A stretch of 62,979 nt of DNA, counting the filler, from Acetivibrio sp. (GTDB taxonomy: Bacteria > Bacillota > Clostridia > Acetivibrionales > Acetivibrionaceae), in assembly GCF_035371925.1 (NCBI RefSeq). It is 3 parts of 3 records of this genome, joined end to end, with 100 filler letters (N's around TTAATTAATTAA, not from the genome) between each part and the next. Parts side by side here need not be neighbours in the genome. Positions count along the whole stretch, not along the records: positions 42,805 to 62,979 come from NZ_DAORXT010000053.1; 2 more parts are not named here. The stretch is one strand, 5' to 3'. A program made the translations under genes and the position numbers. Under the pieces are notes generated by a model, which worked only from the letters and a program-made list of their open reading frames with translations, did not search any database and was not told the DNA's origin. Every line of letters starts with the position of its first letter. Position 1 is the stretch's first letter. Shown here in pieces: positions 43,733 through 54,392 of the stretch.

Positions 43733-45136
43733 TTATTTCCAGAACTCCTTTAAACCGAATTTTTTCTCCAAAAGGCTTCTTACTTCAAGCATTGAAGTAT
43801 AGGTGGGCAGGATGTAAAGATTCTGCCCTTCTGAAATTGCGTCCAAAGCTTTATTTAAAAGCGTTTCATAGTCCTTTTCAATCTGAATTTTATCGCTGTG
43901 TATTCCTGCATATTTAAGCCTTACAGCCATGTCCTCCGCCCGGATTCCTGAAGTATAAAAGCAAGATACATTGCCCTGCATTTGCTGAAGCTGCTCAAAA
44001 TCAACATCCCAGAGCCAGGAAATATCGGTACCGTCTGCAAGACGGTCATTTATAACAAAGGCTATCTGGGTATTTTGCTTTTCCGTAAGAAGATAGCTCA
44101 AAACCTGATTGAAGCCTGTGGGGTTTTTAACCAGAATCACCTTTATGGTTTTACCGTTGGTTTGGATAGTTTCCATTCGTCCAAAGCCACATTCAAAGCT
44201 TTCCATGGCTTTTACAAGGCTGTCCGGCGAAAAAACTAAAAGATGTCCCAATGAGGCTGCAGCCAGTGCGTTGTATATGTTGTAAAGTCCCGGAAGATTA
44301 ATCCTGGCATTGTAAGATACCGGCTCGCCGCTTTCTTTTAGAGGGCCCAACGCAAATATGATATCGGAGTACGAAGTATTAAGCTCGTTAATCTTTACGC
44401 AGGTTACCTTGGAAGTAGGGCGCATATATCCGCAGTTGGGGCAGGAAAATCCTCCAAGGTGGCCGTATACATGATAGGAGTATTCATATTTGCTTTTGCA
44501 GTAAAGGCAAATGCTTGCATCACTGTTTACCACAGTACTGTTACCGGTGTATGCTTCATCGGAAAAACCGTAGTATAAAACTTCTCTGTCCATATTGTGA
44601 CCTAGGGACGCGCACAAAGAATCATCGGCATTTAAAACCAACTTGGCATTGGGTGATTTCTCGATACCTGACCTGACATTGTTTAAAGTGGTATAAAGCT
44701 CACCGTACCGGTCCAACTGGTCCCTGAAGAAGTTTGTCACTACCAAAATGTCCGGCTGAACATAGTCGGTTACCACATTAAATGCTGCTTCATCAACTTC
44801 CAGCAATGCTGTGGAAGCCTTGCTCTTTCCGAAAACATTCACAGATTCGATAAAAGTGGTAATAACACCGCTTACAAGATTGGCTCCCGATTTGTTGGTG
44901 ATGTACTCAATATTGTTTTCATCTAAAAGTTTTCCGATTATACGGGTAGTAGTGGTTTTGCCGTTGGTTCCGGTAACCATTATAATTCTAAAATCTTTTG
45001 AAATTATTTTCATTATGTCCGGATAAATTTTACGTGCAACCTTTCCGGGAAGGGAGGTTCCTCCGCTTTTTAAAACTCTGAGCATAAAAATGAGGAATTT
45101 CGTAATTATTATTGTAAAAGTAAGTCTTATATTCAT
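43733..45136 (-). CDS. murT: Lipid II amidation Mur-ligase subunit
   Basis: VTGTNGKTTT, LEVDE, FRDQLDRYGE, CxxC..CxxC zinc ribbon, LVKNP, DISWLWDVDFE. Confidence 0.92.
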   Translation of the reverse strand: MNIRLTFTIIITKFLIFMLRVLKSGGTSLPGKVARKIYPDIMKIISKDFRIIMVTGTNGKTTTTRIIGKLLDENNIEYITNKSGANLVSGVITTFIESVNVFGKSKASTALLEVDEAAFNVVTDYVQPDILVVTNFFRDQLDRYGELYTTLNNVRSGIEKSPNAKLVLNADDSLCASLGHNMDREVLYYGFSDEAYTGNSTVVNSDASICLYCKSKYEYSYHVYGHLGGFSCPNCGYMRPTSKVTCVKINELNTSYSDIIFALGPLKESGEPVSYNARINLPGLYNIYNALAAASLGHLLVFSPDSLVKAMESFECGFGRMETIQTNGKTIKVILVKNPTGFNQVLSYLLTEKQNTQIAFVINDRLADGTDISWLWDVDFEQLQQMQGNVSCFYTSGIRAEDMAVRLKYAGIHSDKIQIEKDYETLLNKALDAISEGQNLYILPTYTSMLEVRSLLEKKFGLKEFWK

Positions 45137-45389
45137 TTGAATCCCTGCTTTTTTAATGTATTTTTGCTTAATTTCCTTAAAATTATAACACAAAGAATTT
45201 TAGTTATGAACAAAATTTTTCTTGAAGGAAGTATTTCCATAAACAATTATTTGATATACTTATCAAAAGCGCCGCCATTAAAAAACATTTGATACATAAT
45301 TTTTTAAATGTTAAAATAGTGAGTAAAGAGTATATAATAATTGTATTTCATTTAAAAGTTGATTTATAAATCTTTATCTATGGTACAAT

Positions 45390-46325
45390 AAGGTTAGCCA
45401 CCCGGGTGGTTGCGAAATAGGTCCGCGTCCGATTGACCTTCATCTCAAGGCTCTAAAACGGATGGGGGTCAAGGTGCATGATGCACATCACGGTTTTTTA
45501 TACTGCGAAGTGGATAAAATTAAGGGATGTGAGATTCAACTGGATTTTCCCAGTGTGGGAGCCACGGAGAATATAATGCTGGCAGCGGTATTTGCCGAAG
45601 GCGAGACTGTTATACGGCATGCGGCCAAGGAACCTGAAATCGTAGATCTTCAGAATTTCCTTGTAGCAATGGGTGCAGACGTATCGGGGGCAGGAACCAG
45701 TACCGTGACGATAAGAGGAACAAACAGGAAACTGAATAATGTTGAGCACACTGTTATACCCGACAGAATAGTAGCAGGTACATATTTAGTGGCGGCAGGG
45801 ATTACCGGTGGAGATTTAAATCTCAAAAATGTTTCGGCAGAACATTTATCGTCCGTAGTGTCATATCTTCGGGAAAGCGGCTGCAGGATTAATATAAAAC
45901 GAAATAATATACATATTTCCGGTCCTAGCAAGCCGAGGGCCATAGACATAATCAGGACTCTGCCTTACCCCGGATTTCCCACTGATATGCAGTCGCAGTT
46001 TGTTTCTCTGCTTTCGGTTGCCAGGGGAACCAGCATTATTGTTGAGACCATATTTGAAAACCGATACAAGCATGTTGAGGAATTATTGAGAATGGGAGCC
46101 GACATAAAGCTGGAAGGAAGACTGGCAGTAATTAAAGGGGTAAAAAGGCTTACCGGGGCAACTGTTACAGCCAGGGACCTAAGAGGAGGAGCTGCATTGG
46201 TTCTTGCAGCACTTGCCGCTGAAGGTACTTCTATAATAAGCGGAACAAAGCATATCGACAGAGGTTATGAAAATATTGAGGGAAAGCTTTCCATGGTTGG
46301 AGCTATAATTAAAAGAGAAGAATAA
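45390..46325 (+). pseudogene. murA2: Second MurA lacking roughly the first 110 codons
   Basis: MurA similarity begins at KVSHPGGCEIGPRPIDLH; in-frame TGA at 45360 and no start/RBS for the N-terminus. Confidence 0.8.
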
Positions 46326-46338
46326 AGGGGTAAGTCTA

Positions 46339-47199
46339 TTGAAGGTACAGGAGATAACAATCGGTTCAGAGTATCAACCGCCAAAAAAACACAAAAGAAA
46401 AAAGAAGAGAAGAATACTGTCTTTTTTTAAATTTCTATTGTTTTGTGTAATTCTTGCGGCTATTTTGGTAGGTTTGGCTTTATCACCATTATTTTCTGTA
46501 AAGAGCATTGAAGTTTATGGCAATAAGCATTATAATAGCAGTGAAGTGATTGAAGCTTCAGGTTTGATAATAGGTAATAACTGGTTTAAGTCCAACAGTG
46601 TAGATCTAAAGGGTATTCTTACTTTCAGATCGATTGATGCGGAGAAACTGTTACTGCAAAGATGTCCGTTTTTAAAGAGCGCGACAGTAAGAATAGACTT
46701 TACTGGTGTGGTTCGAATAGAAGTAAGCGAAAGAAATGCGGCTGCTTTGGTGCCCTATATGGGTTCAAACATAGTGATTGACAATGAGTGCTTTGTGCTT
46801 ACTCTAAGCAGTGATGCGGAGGATGGAAAACTGCCTGTCATAAAAGGAATAGATTGTGACGGCTACGCCTTAGGACAAGCTTTACCGGTTCGTGATGCAA
46901 GGTACATTGAGGCTTTCCGCAGAGTGTTGGAGGTTGTTACGTCGGCTGATGCCAATGCAGGAGAAAGAGGCAGAGAATTTAGCATTAAGAATATTATAAA
47001 CTATATTGATGTATCTGATATTGACAATATTAAACTCTATCTTGATTCCAGGGTGCTAGTTAATCTTGGGAATTACAAGGAGATAAGTGAATATAGAATC
47101 AATTTCTTAAGAGAAATTTTTTTCTTCCAATTAACAGAGGAAGATAAAGGGTTGTTGGATTTTGCATCGGGTGAACATCCGAGTTTTATACCAGATTAG
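46339..47199 (+). CDS. divIB: Cell division protein DivIB/FtsQ
   Basis: Basic cytoplasmic N-terminus, single TM, POTRA (SPLFSVKSIEVYGN), upstream of ftsA. Confidence 0.85.
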   Translation: MKVQEITIGSEYQPPKKHKRKKKRRILSFFKFLLFCVILAAILVGLALSPLFSVKSIEVYGNKHYNSSEVIEASGLIIGNNWFKSNSVDLKGILTFRSIDAEKLLLQRCPFLKSATVRIDFTGVVRIEVSERNAAALVPYMGSNIVIDNECFVLTLSSDAEDGKLPVIKGIDCDGYALGQALPVRDARYIEAFRRVLEVVTSADANAGERGREFSIKNIINYIDVSDIDNIKLYLDSRVLVNLGNYKEISEYRINFLREIFFFQLTEEDKGLLDFASGEHPSFIPD

Positions 47200-47214
47200 A
47201 GAGGGAGGAGCGGA

Positions 47215-47592
47215 ATGATTCCATTATTGGGCTTAATAGTTGGAATTTTGATTGGAGTGTTTATACCATACAATATTCCCGAACAATACTCAAGCTATGT
47301 AGCGGTAGCAATTCTTGCAGCGTTGGACTCTGTTTTCGGCGGTGTGGTATCCACCATGCAAAAGAAGTTTGACATGGGGATTTTCCTTTCGGGCTTTTTC
47401 GGTAATGCTCTCTTGGCTGCCGCACTTACTTATATAGGGGACAAGCTTGGGATACAGATTTATTTTGCTGCGATATTTGCTTTCGGAAACAGGCTGTTTT
47501 TAAATTTTGCCGTTATTCGAAGATTACTATTGAATAAGTACACCAAAAAAGATAATATAAAAGATAATATGATAGATCCAAAAGAAGTTTAA
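47215..47592 (+). CDS. sbp: Small basic protein (DUF1290)
   Basis: YVAVAILAALDSVFGG, FLSGFFGN, GNRLFLN; dcw cluster position. Confidence 0.88.
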   Translation: MIPLLGLIVGILIGVFIPYNIPEQYSSYVAVAILAALDSVFGGVVSTMQKKFDMGIFLSGFFGNALLAAALTYIGDKLGIQIYFAAIFAFGNRLFLNFAVIRRLLLNKYTKKDNIKDNMIDPKEV

Positions 47593-47759
47593 CAGAATTT
47601 CATATAAAATGTCATTAAATATAAAATAGTATAAAGAAAATGTTCGATTTTGAAAAAGTAAAATTTTGTAGAATGTCAAGGTCAATGAGAATAAAGAATT
47701 GCTAATAATGTATCGCACTTGATTGTATTCGTGCTTTGGCATATAGGAGGTTTACATAA

Positions 47760-49001
47760 GTGGACGATATAATTAGTTGTATTGATATAGGTACTACAAA
47801 GGTATGTGCCATTGTGGCGAAAATTGATGAGAACGGTGATGTTGAAGTATTGGGCAAGGCAATGGAGCCGTGCAGTGGTGTCAAAAAAGGGGTAATTGTT
47901 GACATAGACAGTGTTTCCAATGCTTTAAGAAGTTGCATTCAAAAGGTGAGAGCCTTGCTTAATATTGAAATTGGGAATGTTTATGTGAATGTCATGGGGT
48001 CCCATGTCGACGTATTTTTTAACAGGGGTTCCGTTGATATTTTAAGGCAAGACCGTCAGATTACATCCGATGATGTCGAGAAAGTATTAAAAAGAGTGGA
48101 AGATGTGAAGCTTCCCGAGAATGTTCAGATTATTGATGTTATTCCGAGGCAGTATATTGTGGACGGTTGTGATGAAATAGTTGATCCTGTCGGTATGGCC
48201 GGAGTAAAGCTTGAGCTTGAAGCGGATGTTGTGGTTGGTAAAATCACCACATTTAATAATATTGTTAAAAGTCTCGAGAATGCCAATGTCAAAGTGAACG
48301 GTTTTATTGCAGAATCATTGGCGGTGGGAGATTTGGTTTTAAATCCTGAAGAAAAAGATATGGGTGCAATTCTTATCGATGTAGGTGGAGGAGTTACAAA
48401 CATATCCGTGTTCAAAAACAAGTGTCTCGTCCTGTATGATTGCATACCCGTTGGTGGAGACCATATAACAAACGATATATCCATCGGGCTCAAGGTATCA
48501 TTGAGTGATGCTGAAAAACTAAAAAGGGAATACGGTTTGGCTTTAACATCCCTTATTAACAACGACCATGACATTACAATAAATGAGCTTAGCGAGAATA
48601 CCAAAAGGACAATTAAAGTTTCCGAAGTTGTTGAAATAATCGAGGCCAGGGTTCAGGAAATATTTTCACTGTGCATGGAAAGGCTTGAGCAAGAGGGAAT
48701 ATTAAACGGGTTTACCGGAGGAATTGTACTGGCCGGAGGCGGCATTTCATATATTGACGGTTCTATTCAATCGGCAAAGGAAATTTTTGGGTTGCCCGTC
48801 AGAATTGTGTCTTACAAGTCGCTGGGAGTAAAAAATGCCGAGCATGTAACTGCAATGGCAACGATTAGATATGTTGCAAACAGGATTAAGTCCGAGGCAA
48901 AAAGCGGCGGTACCAAGAGCAACAGGCACAACAAACAGAAGTCAAAAAGGGAATATGGCTTTTTCAAGAAGCTTGCCAGTCTTTTCAACGGATTATTTTG
49001 A
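47760..49001 (+). CDS. ftsA: Cell division protein FtsA
   Basis: IDIGTTKV, IDVGGGVT, GGDHITNDI; GTG start with GGAGG RBS. Confidence 0.96.
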   Translation: MDDIISCIDIGTTKVCAIVAKIDENGDVEVLGKAMEPCSGVKKGVIVDIDSVSNALRSCIQKVRALLNIEIGNVYVNVMGSHVDVFFNRGSVDILRQDRQITSDDVEKVLKRVEDVKLPENVQIIDVIPRQYIVDGCDEIVDPVGMAGVKLELEADVVVGKITTFNNIVKSLENANVKVNGFIAESLAVGDLVLNPEEKDMGAILIDVGGGVTNISVFKNKCLVLYDCIPVGGDHITNDISIGLKVSLSDAEKLKREYGLALTSLINNDHDITINELSENTKRTIKVSEVVEIIEARVQEIFSLCMERLEQEGILNGFTGGIVLAGGGISYIDGSIQSAKEIFGLPVRIVSYKSLGVKNAEHVTAMATIRYVANRIKSEAKSGGTKSNRHNKQKSKREYGFFKKLASLFNGLF

Positions 49002-49328
49002 CAGATTAGTTCTATTTTTTAAATACACATTTTTAACGATTTCTAGTATAATTATTTTTAATATGAGTATTTTTAAAATTTGTATATAAACTTTTTTTAA
49101 TTTTTACCGATTAATATATCAAATTAAATCCAAAATGTGTATTTCAAGTTATAAGTATTGGATGGGATAGTTAAAATACAATCTTGCACAATCTCCAATA
49201 TTAATATATTATTAAATATTGAGGGAATAAATGTTACCCAATAATTGACTTTTGAATGATATCTTTATAAATTGGCATAGAAACTCAATATAGGTTTGTC
49301 TATTACGAATGAAAAAGGGGGACTTAAG

Positions 49329-50426
49329 TTGCTGGAGTTTGATATTGATATGGAACAATTTGCCCAGATAAGAGTTATAGGTGTTGGTGGTGGAGGAAAT
49401 AATGCTGTTAATAGAATGATAACTGCCGGATTGCGTGGAGTGGAATTTATTGCAGTAAATACTGATAAACAGGCTTTATTTTTATCAAAAGCAAATACAA
49501 AGATTCAAATTGGAGACAAATTGACAAAAGGTCTTGGAGCGGGAGCTAATCCCGAAATCGGTGAAAAGGCTGCCAATGAGAGCAGAGATGAAATTGCTCA
49601 GGCAATAAAAGGTGCAGACATGGTTTTTGTAACTGCAGGTATGGGTGGAGGTACGGGAACCGGAGCTGCTCCTGTAGTTGCAGAGATTGCGAAGGAAATG
49701 GGAATTCTGACTGTCGGAGTAGTAACAAAGCCCTTTATGTTTGAGGGCAGAAAGAGAATGCAGCATGCAGAAAGAGGTATAGAAAATCTTAAGAATACCG
49801 TTGATACTTTGGTTACCATACCAAATGACAGGCTGCTTCAGGTGGCGGAAAAGAAGACTTCCATTGTCGATGCATTCAAGATTGCGGATGATGTATTAAG
49901 ACAAGGTGTACAGGGTATATCCGACCTTATTGCGGTACCGGGTCTCGTAAACTTGGACTTTGCAGATGTCAAAACCATTATGCTTGATACCGGTCTTGCC
50001 CATATGGGTATCGGACGGGCATCCGGCGACAACAGGGCCGAAGAGGCTGCAAGACAGGCTATCCAAAGTCCCCTTTTGGAGACATCTATCGAAGGAGCAA
50101 GAGGAGTTCTCCTCAATATTACCGGCGGTGCCGATTTGGGATTGTTTGAAGTAAATACTGCGGCCGAATTGGTGCAAAAGTCTGCTGACCCTGATGCAAA
50201 TATTATTTTCGGAGCTGTTATCGACGAAAATCTAAAAGATGAGATTCTAATCACTGTAATTGCTACAGGGTTTGACAAAGTTCCATCAATTAAGAAGCCT
50301 GACAAGCCTGTTGTGGCAGAAAAGGCACCTTCTTCTACATCTTCAAACGAACGGGCTTCATCAAACCAGCTTGGATCGGATGAATTGGAGATACCGACTT
50401 TCTTAAGAAGAAACAGATTTAAATAA
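49329..50426 (+). CDS. ftsZ: Cell division protein FtsZ
   Basis: GGGTGTG tubulin signature, NLDFADV, IPTFLR; TTG start after AAAGGGGG. Confidence 0.99.
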   Translation: MLEFDIDMEQFAQIRVIGVGGGGNNAVNRMITAGLRGVEFIAVNTDKQALFLSKANTKIQIGDKLTKGLGAGANPEIGEKAANESRDEIAQAIKGADMVFVTAGMGGGTGTGAAPVVAEIAKEMGILTVGVVTKPFMFEGRKRMQHAERGIENLKNTVDTLVTIPNDRLLQVAEKKTSIVDAFKIADDVLRQGVQGISDLIAVPGLVNLDFADVKTIMLDTGLAHMGIGRASGDNRAEEAARQAIQSPLLETSIEGARGVLLNITGGADLGLFEVNTAAELVQKSADPDANIIFGAVIDENLKDEILITVIATGFDKVPSIKKPDKPVVAEKAPSSTSSNERASSNQLGSDELEIPTFLRRNRFK

Positions 50427-50444
50427 ACACATTTTAACAATAGA

Positions 50445-50486
50445 GCGCAGGAGTATATCGAAAAGGATATACTCCTGCGTTTTTTT
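50445..50486 (+). terminator. Intrinsic terminator after ftsZ
   Basis: GCGCAGGAGTATATC / GATATACTCCTGCGT stem plus T-tract. Confidence 0.92.
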
Positions 50487-50662
50487 GTCATAAGATTTTT
50501 TTTGTTCTATACTTTCGTTTTACAAAATAAATATAAATTTATTTGTATAATCAATAATAAAAATACATGCTTTTGCATATATGTTATTTAGGAAAGTGTT
50601 TTATGTAAGGTACTATAAAAATAATTTTCTCTAAGCTTTTGCCTGATTTGGGGGTCGAGAGA

Positions 50663-51556
50663 ATGAAAATATACATTGATGTATTGGTTATGGAAAACAT
50701 TGTCATGAATTATCTTATCCTATTGCTTACAGCCAAGTTTATGAGGCTCAAAGTATCTCATTTGCGATTGTTTTTGGGCTCTGTTGTGGGAGCGGCATAT
50801 GTAGTTGTGCTGCTTTTAATGCCTGATTTAAAGATATATTATACTTCTTTAGCCAAATTTGCTTTATCCCTTTTAATTATTGCAATAGCTTTTTCTCCGG
50901 CAAAGCTGGTACCTTTCATCAAAACACTGGCAGTATTCTATGTTTCAACATTTATATTTGCAGGAGCCGCATTTGCATTTCTTTACTTAAATCAAACGGG
51001 GGGATTTGTCAGGAACGGAATAGTGTACATATGGAATTCAAAAGGAACCACCCTCTTTTTTACCGTGGCAACTGTCGGCATAATTATTAGGATTTTCTGG
51101 GACATAGTACAGCAAAGAATCTCGAAGGAAAAGCTTCTGATACCTTTGAAGATAGCTTTTGGAAACGGCACTACCGAACTGTTTGCTTTGGTGGATACCG
51201 GCAATTCCCTTTATGACCCCTTAACCAATTCTCCTGTGGTGGTTGTAGAGTTTAATGCCATAAAGAATATATTGCCCATGGAGATTCAAAGCATTTTCGA
51301 TGAATCCAAGGAAAACGACCTGGACAGTGTGACTAAAATTGTATCCGACTCCAGGTGGATATCAAGATTCAGGCTCATACCCTTTACATCACTGGGAAAG
51401 GAGAATGGAATGCTGATTGGATTCAGACCTGACTATATTGAGGTGGGAGACAATACGGAGAAGAAGGGGATAACGGATGTAATTATCGGTATTTACAACA
51501 GGGCGCTGTCAAAAAACAATAACTACAACGCACTTCTTAGCCCGGAGTTGGTTTAG
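50663..51556 (+). CDS. spoIIGA: Pro-sigma-E processing protease
   Basis: IYIDV start, multiple TM, catalytic LVDTGN, RLIPF. Confidence 0.95.
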   Translation: MKIYIDVLVMENIVMNYLILLLTAKFMRLKVSHLRLFLGSVVGAAYVVVLLLMPDLKIYYTSLAKFALSLLIIAIAFSPAKLVPFIKTLAVFYVSTFIFAGAAFAFLYLNQTGGFVRNGIVYIWNSKGTTLFFTVATVGIIIRIFWDIVQQRISKEKLLIPLKIAFGNGTTELFALVDTGNSLYDPLTNSPVVVVEFNAIKNILPMEIQSIFDESKENDLDSVTKIVSDSRWISRFRLIPFTSLGKENGMLIGFRPDYIEVGDNTEKKGITDVIIGIYNRALSKNNNYNALLSPELV

Positions 51557-51608
51557 GTTATAGTTTTTATTCTGCGAACATAAACTTTTTATGAAAGGAG
51601 TATATTGT

Positions 51609-52343
51609 ATGGTGTTTTTTAGGAAGTGGAAGCTTTCATTGATGGTGAGGTATATTAATTTTTTAGGTAAACTAAAGCTTTACAACAATTATCCCATTTA
51701 CTACATAGGAGGCAATGACTCTCTTCCTCCGCCGCTTAGCAGCGAAGAGGAAAACTATCTTTTAAGCAAGCTGGAAGAAAGTGAATTTGGAGTAAAATCT
51801 ATTTTGATAGAAAGAAATTTAAGGCTTGTGGTGTATATTGCCAGAAAATTTGAGAATACCGGAGTAGGGGTGGAGGACCTTGTTTCCATTGGTACTATAG
51901 GTCTTATTAAAGCTATTAACACATTTAACCCTAACAAGAACATAAAGCTTGCCACATATGCGTCAAAGTGCATTGAGAATGAAATACTTATGTACCTTAG
52001 GAGAAACAACAAAATGAAGACAGAGATTTCAATAGATGAACCGCTAAATGTGGATTGGGACGGAAATGAACTGCTTCTTTCGGATATTCTCGGAACAGAG
52101 AACGACCTTATTCATAGAAGCATTGAGGACGAGATAGACAAGGAGCTTCTTGCAATGGCAATGACAAAGCTGTCCGTAAGGGAAAAGAAGATAATGGAGC
52201 TTCGGTTTGGACTTACAAACGGCGGAGTTGAAAAGACCCAGAAAGAAGTGGCCGATATGCTTGGAATTTCTCAGTCATATATTTCCAGATTGGAAAAGAA
52301 AATTATCAGTAGACTAAGAAAAGAGATAAGCAGGATGGTCTAA
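51609..52343 (+). CDS. sigE: RNA polymerase sigma-E (pro-form)
   Basis: Pro-sequence, [34 protein letters not shown]. Confidence 0.96.
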   Translation: MVFFRKWKLSLMVRYINFLGKLKLYNNYPIYYIGGNDSLPPPLSSEEENYLLSKLEESEFGVKSILIERNLRLVVYIARKFENTGVGVEDLVSIGTIGLIKAINTFNPNKNIKLATYASKCIENEILMYLRRNNKMKTEISIDEPLNVDWDGNELLLSDILGTENDLIHRSIEDEIDKELLAMAMTKLSVREKKIMELRFGLTNGGVEKTQKEVADMLGISQSYISRLEKKIISRLRKEISRMV

Positions 52344-52439
52344 TTGTAAAAAAATACAAGTAAAAATTCGGTGTTAGAATTTGCAATAACTACAGGGTTT
52401 GTCAAGGTGTTTTTATGAAATTTTGTAGTCTTTTTAGCA

Positions 52440-52468
52440 GTATAAAAATGACCTCTGTGGCAATAATG
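52440..52468 (+). promoter_or_regulatory. Sigma-F/sigma-G promoter of sigG
   Basis: GTATA-N14-GGCAATAATG. Confidence 0.75.
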
Positions 52469-52501
52469 ATACTGACTTTAAATTATTGCCGGGAGGTTTT
52501 T
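52447..52501 (+). promoter_or_regulatory. RBS-sequestering hairpin upstream of sigG
   Basis: GGCAATAAT/ATTATTGCC stem extended by ACCTCT pairing with GGGAGGT. Confidence 0.7.
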
Positions 52502-52504
52502 TCT

Positions 52505-53278
52505 ATGCTAGTCAATAAAGTTGAAATATGTGGTGTAAACACATCAAAACTGCCAGTACTTACCAATGAACAAAAGAAAGCTCTCTTCGAAAGAATGCAT
52601 AATGGAGATACCTCGGCAAGAGAGGAATTTATAAAGGGAAATCTTAGACTTGTGTTAAGTGTCATACAAAGATTTAACAATAGAGGAGAATATGTCGATG
52701 ACCTTTTTCAGGTGGGATGTATAGGTCTTATAAAAGCGATTGACAATTTTGATGTTACTCAGAATGTCAAGTTTTCAACATATGCAGTTCCCATGATAAT
52801 TGGGGAAATCCGAAGATATTTGAGGGACAACAACTCCATTCGTGTGAGCAGGTCTTTGAGAGATATTGCCTATAAAGCGCTTCAGGCAAAGGAAAGGCTT
52901 ACCAACAAGAATTCAAAAGAGCCTACCATAGAGGAGATAGCCAAAGAACTGGGACTTCCAAAGGAAGATATTGTGTTTGCTTTGGATGCAATACAGGATC
53001 CCATTTCTCTGTTTGAGTCTGTATACCATGACGGTGGAGATGCAATTTATGTAATGGATCAGGTAAAGGACGAGAAAAATAATGATGAAAGCTGGCTTGA
53101 AGGTATAGCTCTAAGTGAAGCCATGAGAAAACTCAATGACCGGGAAAAGTTAATATTAAACTTGCGCTTTTTTGACGGCAGAACTCAAATGGAAGTTGCC
53201 GAAGAAATCGGAATATCGCAGGCACAGGTTTCAAGACTTGAGAAAACTGCGCTCATGCACATGAGAAAATATATTTAG
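52505..53278 (+). CDS. sigG: RNA polymerase sigma-G
   Basis: NKVEICGVNTSKLPVL, YHDGGDAIYVMDQV; GGGAGG RBS. Confidence 0.97.
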   Translation: MLVNKVEICGVNTSKLPVLTNEQKKALFERMHNGDTSAREEFIKGNLRLVLSVIQRFNNRGEYVDDLFQVGCIGLIKAIDNFDVTQNVKFSTYAVPMIIGEIRRYLRDNNSIRVSRSLRDIAYKALQAKERLTNKNSKEPTIEEIAKELGLPKEDIVFALDAIQDPISLFESVYHDGGDAIYVMDQVKDEKNNDESWLEGIALSEAMRKLNDREKLILNLRFFDGRTQMEVAEEIGISQAQVSRLEKTALMHMRKYI

Positions 53279-53415
53279 GGCTTTCGTAAAATTACCTGTT
53301 CTATAAAAAAACAGGGCCGGAAATTTAGATTTTAACAAATATTAAGGAGTCAAGAAACAGTGAAAAGTATTTGCTGTTTTCTGGCTCCTTAATTAATGGG
53401 ACAAAAATCCTTCTA

Positions 53416-53444
53416 ACATATCATTTTTTATAAAGTCATATATT
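53416..53444 (+). promoter_or_regulatory. Putative sigma-E promoter of ylmC
   Basis: ATA-N16-CATATATT. Confidence 0.55.
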
Positions 53445-53484
53445 ATCATAGAGGCTAAAAATAGAAATATACGGTGGTGAAACC

Positions 53485-53745
53485 ATGAACAGGACGTCTG
53501 ACTTTAGGGAGAAGGAAGTAATCAATATAAAGGACGGAAGAAGGCTTGGATTTGTGGGGGATGTGGAAATAAATCTCCAAAGCGGAAAAGTTGAAGCAAT
53601 TGTAATCCCCAGCGGAAGAAGTTTATTGGGGCTTATCGGAAAAGACAACGAATGTGTCATACCTTGGGAAAAAATAAAAAAGATTGGCGAAGATATTATT
53701 TTGGTGGAAATGGATGACAGGTTTATAAGAAAACATTTTGATTAA
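53485..53745 (+). CDS. ylmC: YlmC/YmxH family PRC-barrel sporulation protein
   Basis: KEVINIKDGRRLG, IPWEKIKKIGEDIILV; follows sigG. Confidence 0.92.
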   Translation: MNRTSDFREKEVINIKDGRRLGFVGDVEINLQSGKVEAIVIPSGRSLLGLIGKDNECVIPWEKIKKIGEDIILVEMDDRFIRKHFD

Positions 53746-53879
53746 TCGCCAAATTAATAATGGTATTTATTTAAAACGGTTTATAGTGTATTATTATATA
53801 TAATAAGATATAGAGCATAATGGAAAATTATTTACATAAAATTCAGATTTCAAATAATAATCGTCAAAGGAGGTATGAA

Positions 53880-54335
53880 ATGAAGTGCCCATATTGCGGT
53901 TTTATTGAGGATAAAGTTATCGACTCAAGGCCGACGGATGAAGGTTCGGCAATACGAAGGAGACGGGAATGCTCCAAGTGCCAGAAAAGGTTTACCACTT
54001 ATGAGAAGGTTGAGAGTCTTCCAATTATGGTTATAAAAAAGGATAAGAGCAGGCAGGTCTTTGACCGGGAGAAGCTTTTAAACGGAATCTTAAGGGCGTG
54101 TGAAAAGAGACCTGTATCCATTACTCAGCTGGAAAAACTGGTGGAAGACATTGAAAGTCAGATTTGCAATTCCCTGCAGAGGGAAGTTACCTCCAAGGAT
54201 ATCGGAGAAATGGTAATGGCAAAGCTGAAAAACTTGGATGAAGTGGCTTATGTGCGGTTTGCATCGGTTTACAGGCAATTTAAGGATATAAATACATTTA
54301 TGGACGAGCTTAGAAAGCTTTTAAATGAGAAATAG
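53880..54335 (+). CDS. nrdR: Transcriptional repressor NrdR
   Basis: [19 protein letters not shown] cone, [10 protein letters not shown]. Confidence 0.98.
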   Translation: MKCPYCGFIEDKVIDSRPTDEGSAIRRRRECSKCQKRFTTYEKVESLPIMVIKKDKSRQVFDREKLLNGILRACEKRPVSITQLEKLVEDIESQICNSLQREVTSKDIGEMVMAKLKNLDEVAYVRFASVYRQFKDINTFMDELRKLLNEK

Positions 54336-54392
54336 GAGTATTTGGACTAAAGCAATAAATTCAATTTACAAAAGAGGAAAGAGGGATTGCCC

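Noticed and set aside
50487..50662. Expected Spo0A boxes upstream of spoIIGA
   Set aside because: Only mismatched candidates (e.g. TTTGTCA); not supportable by eye.
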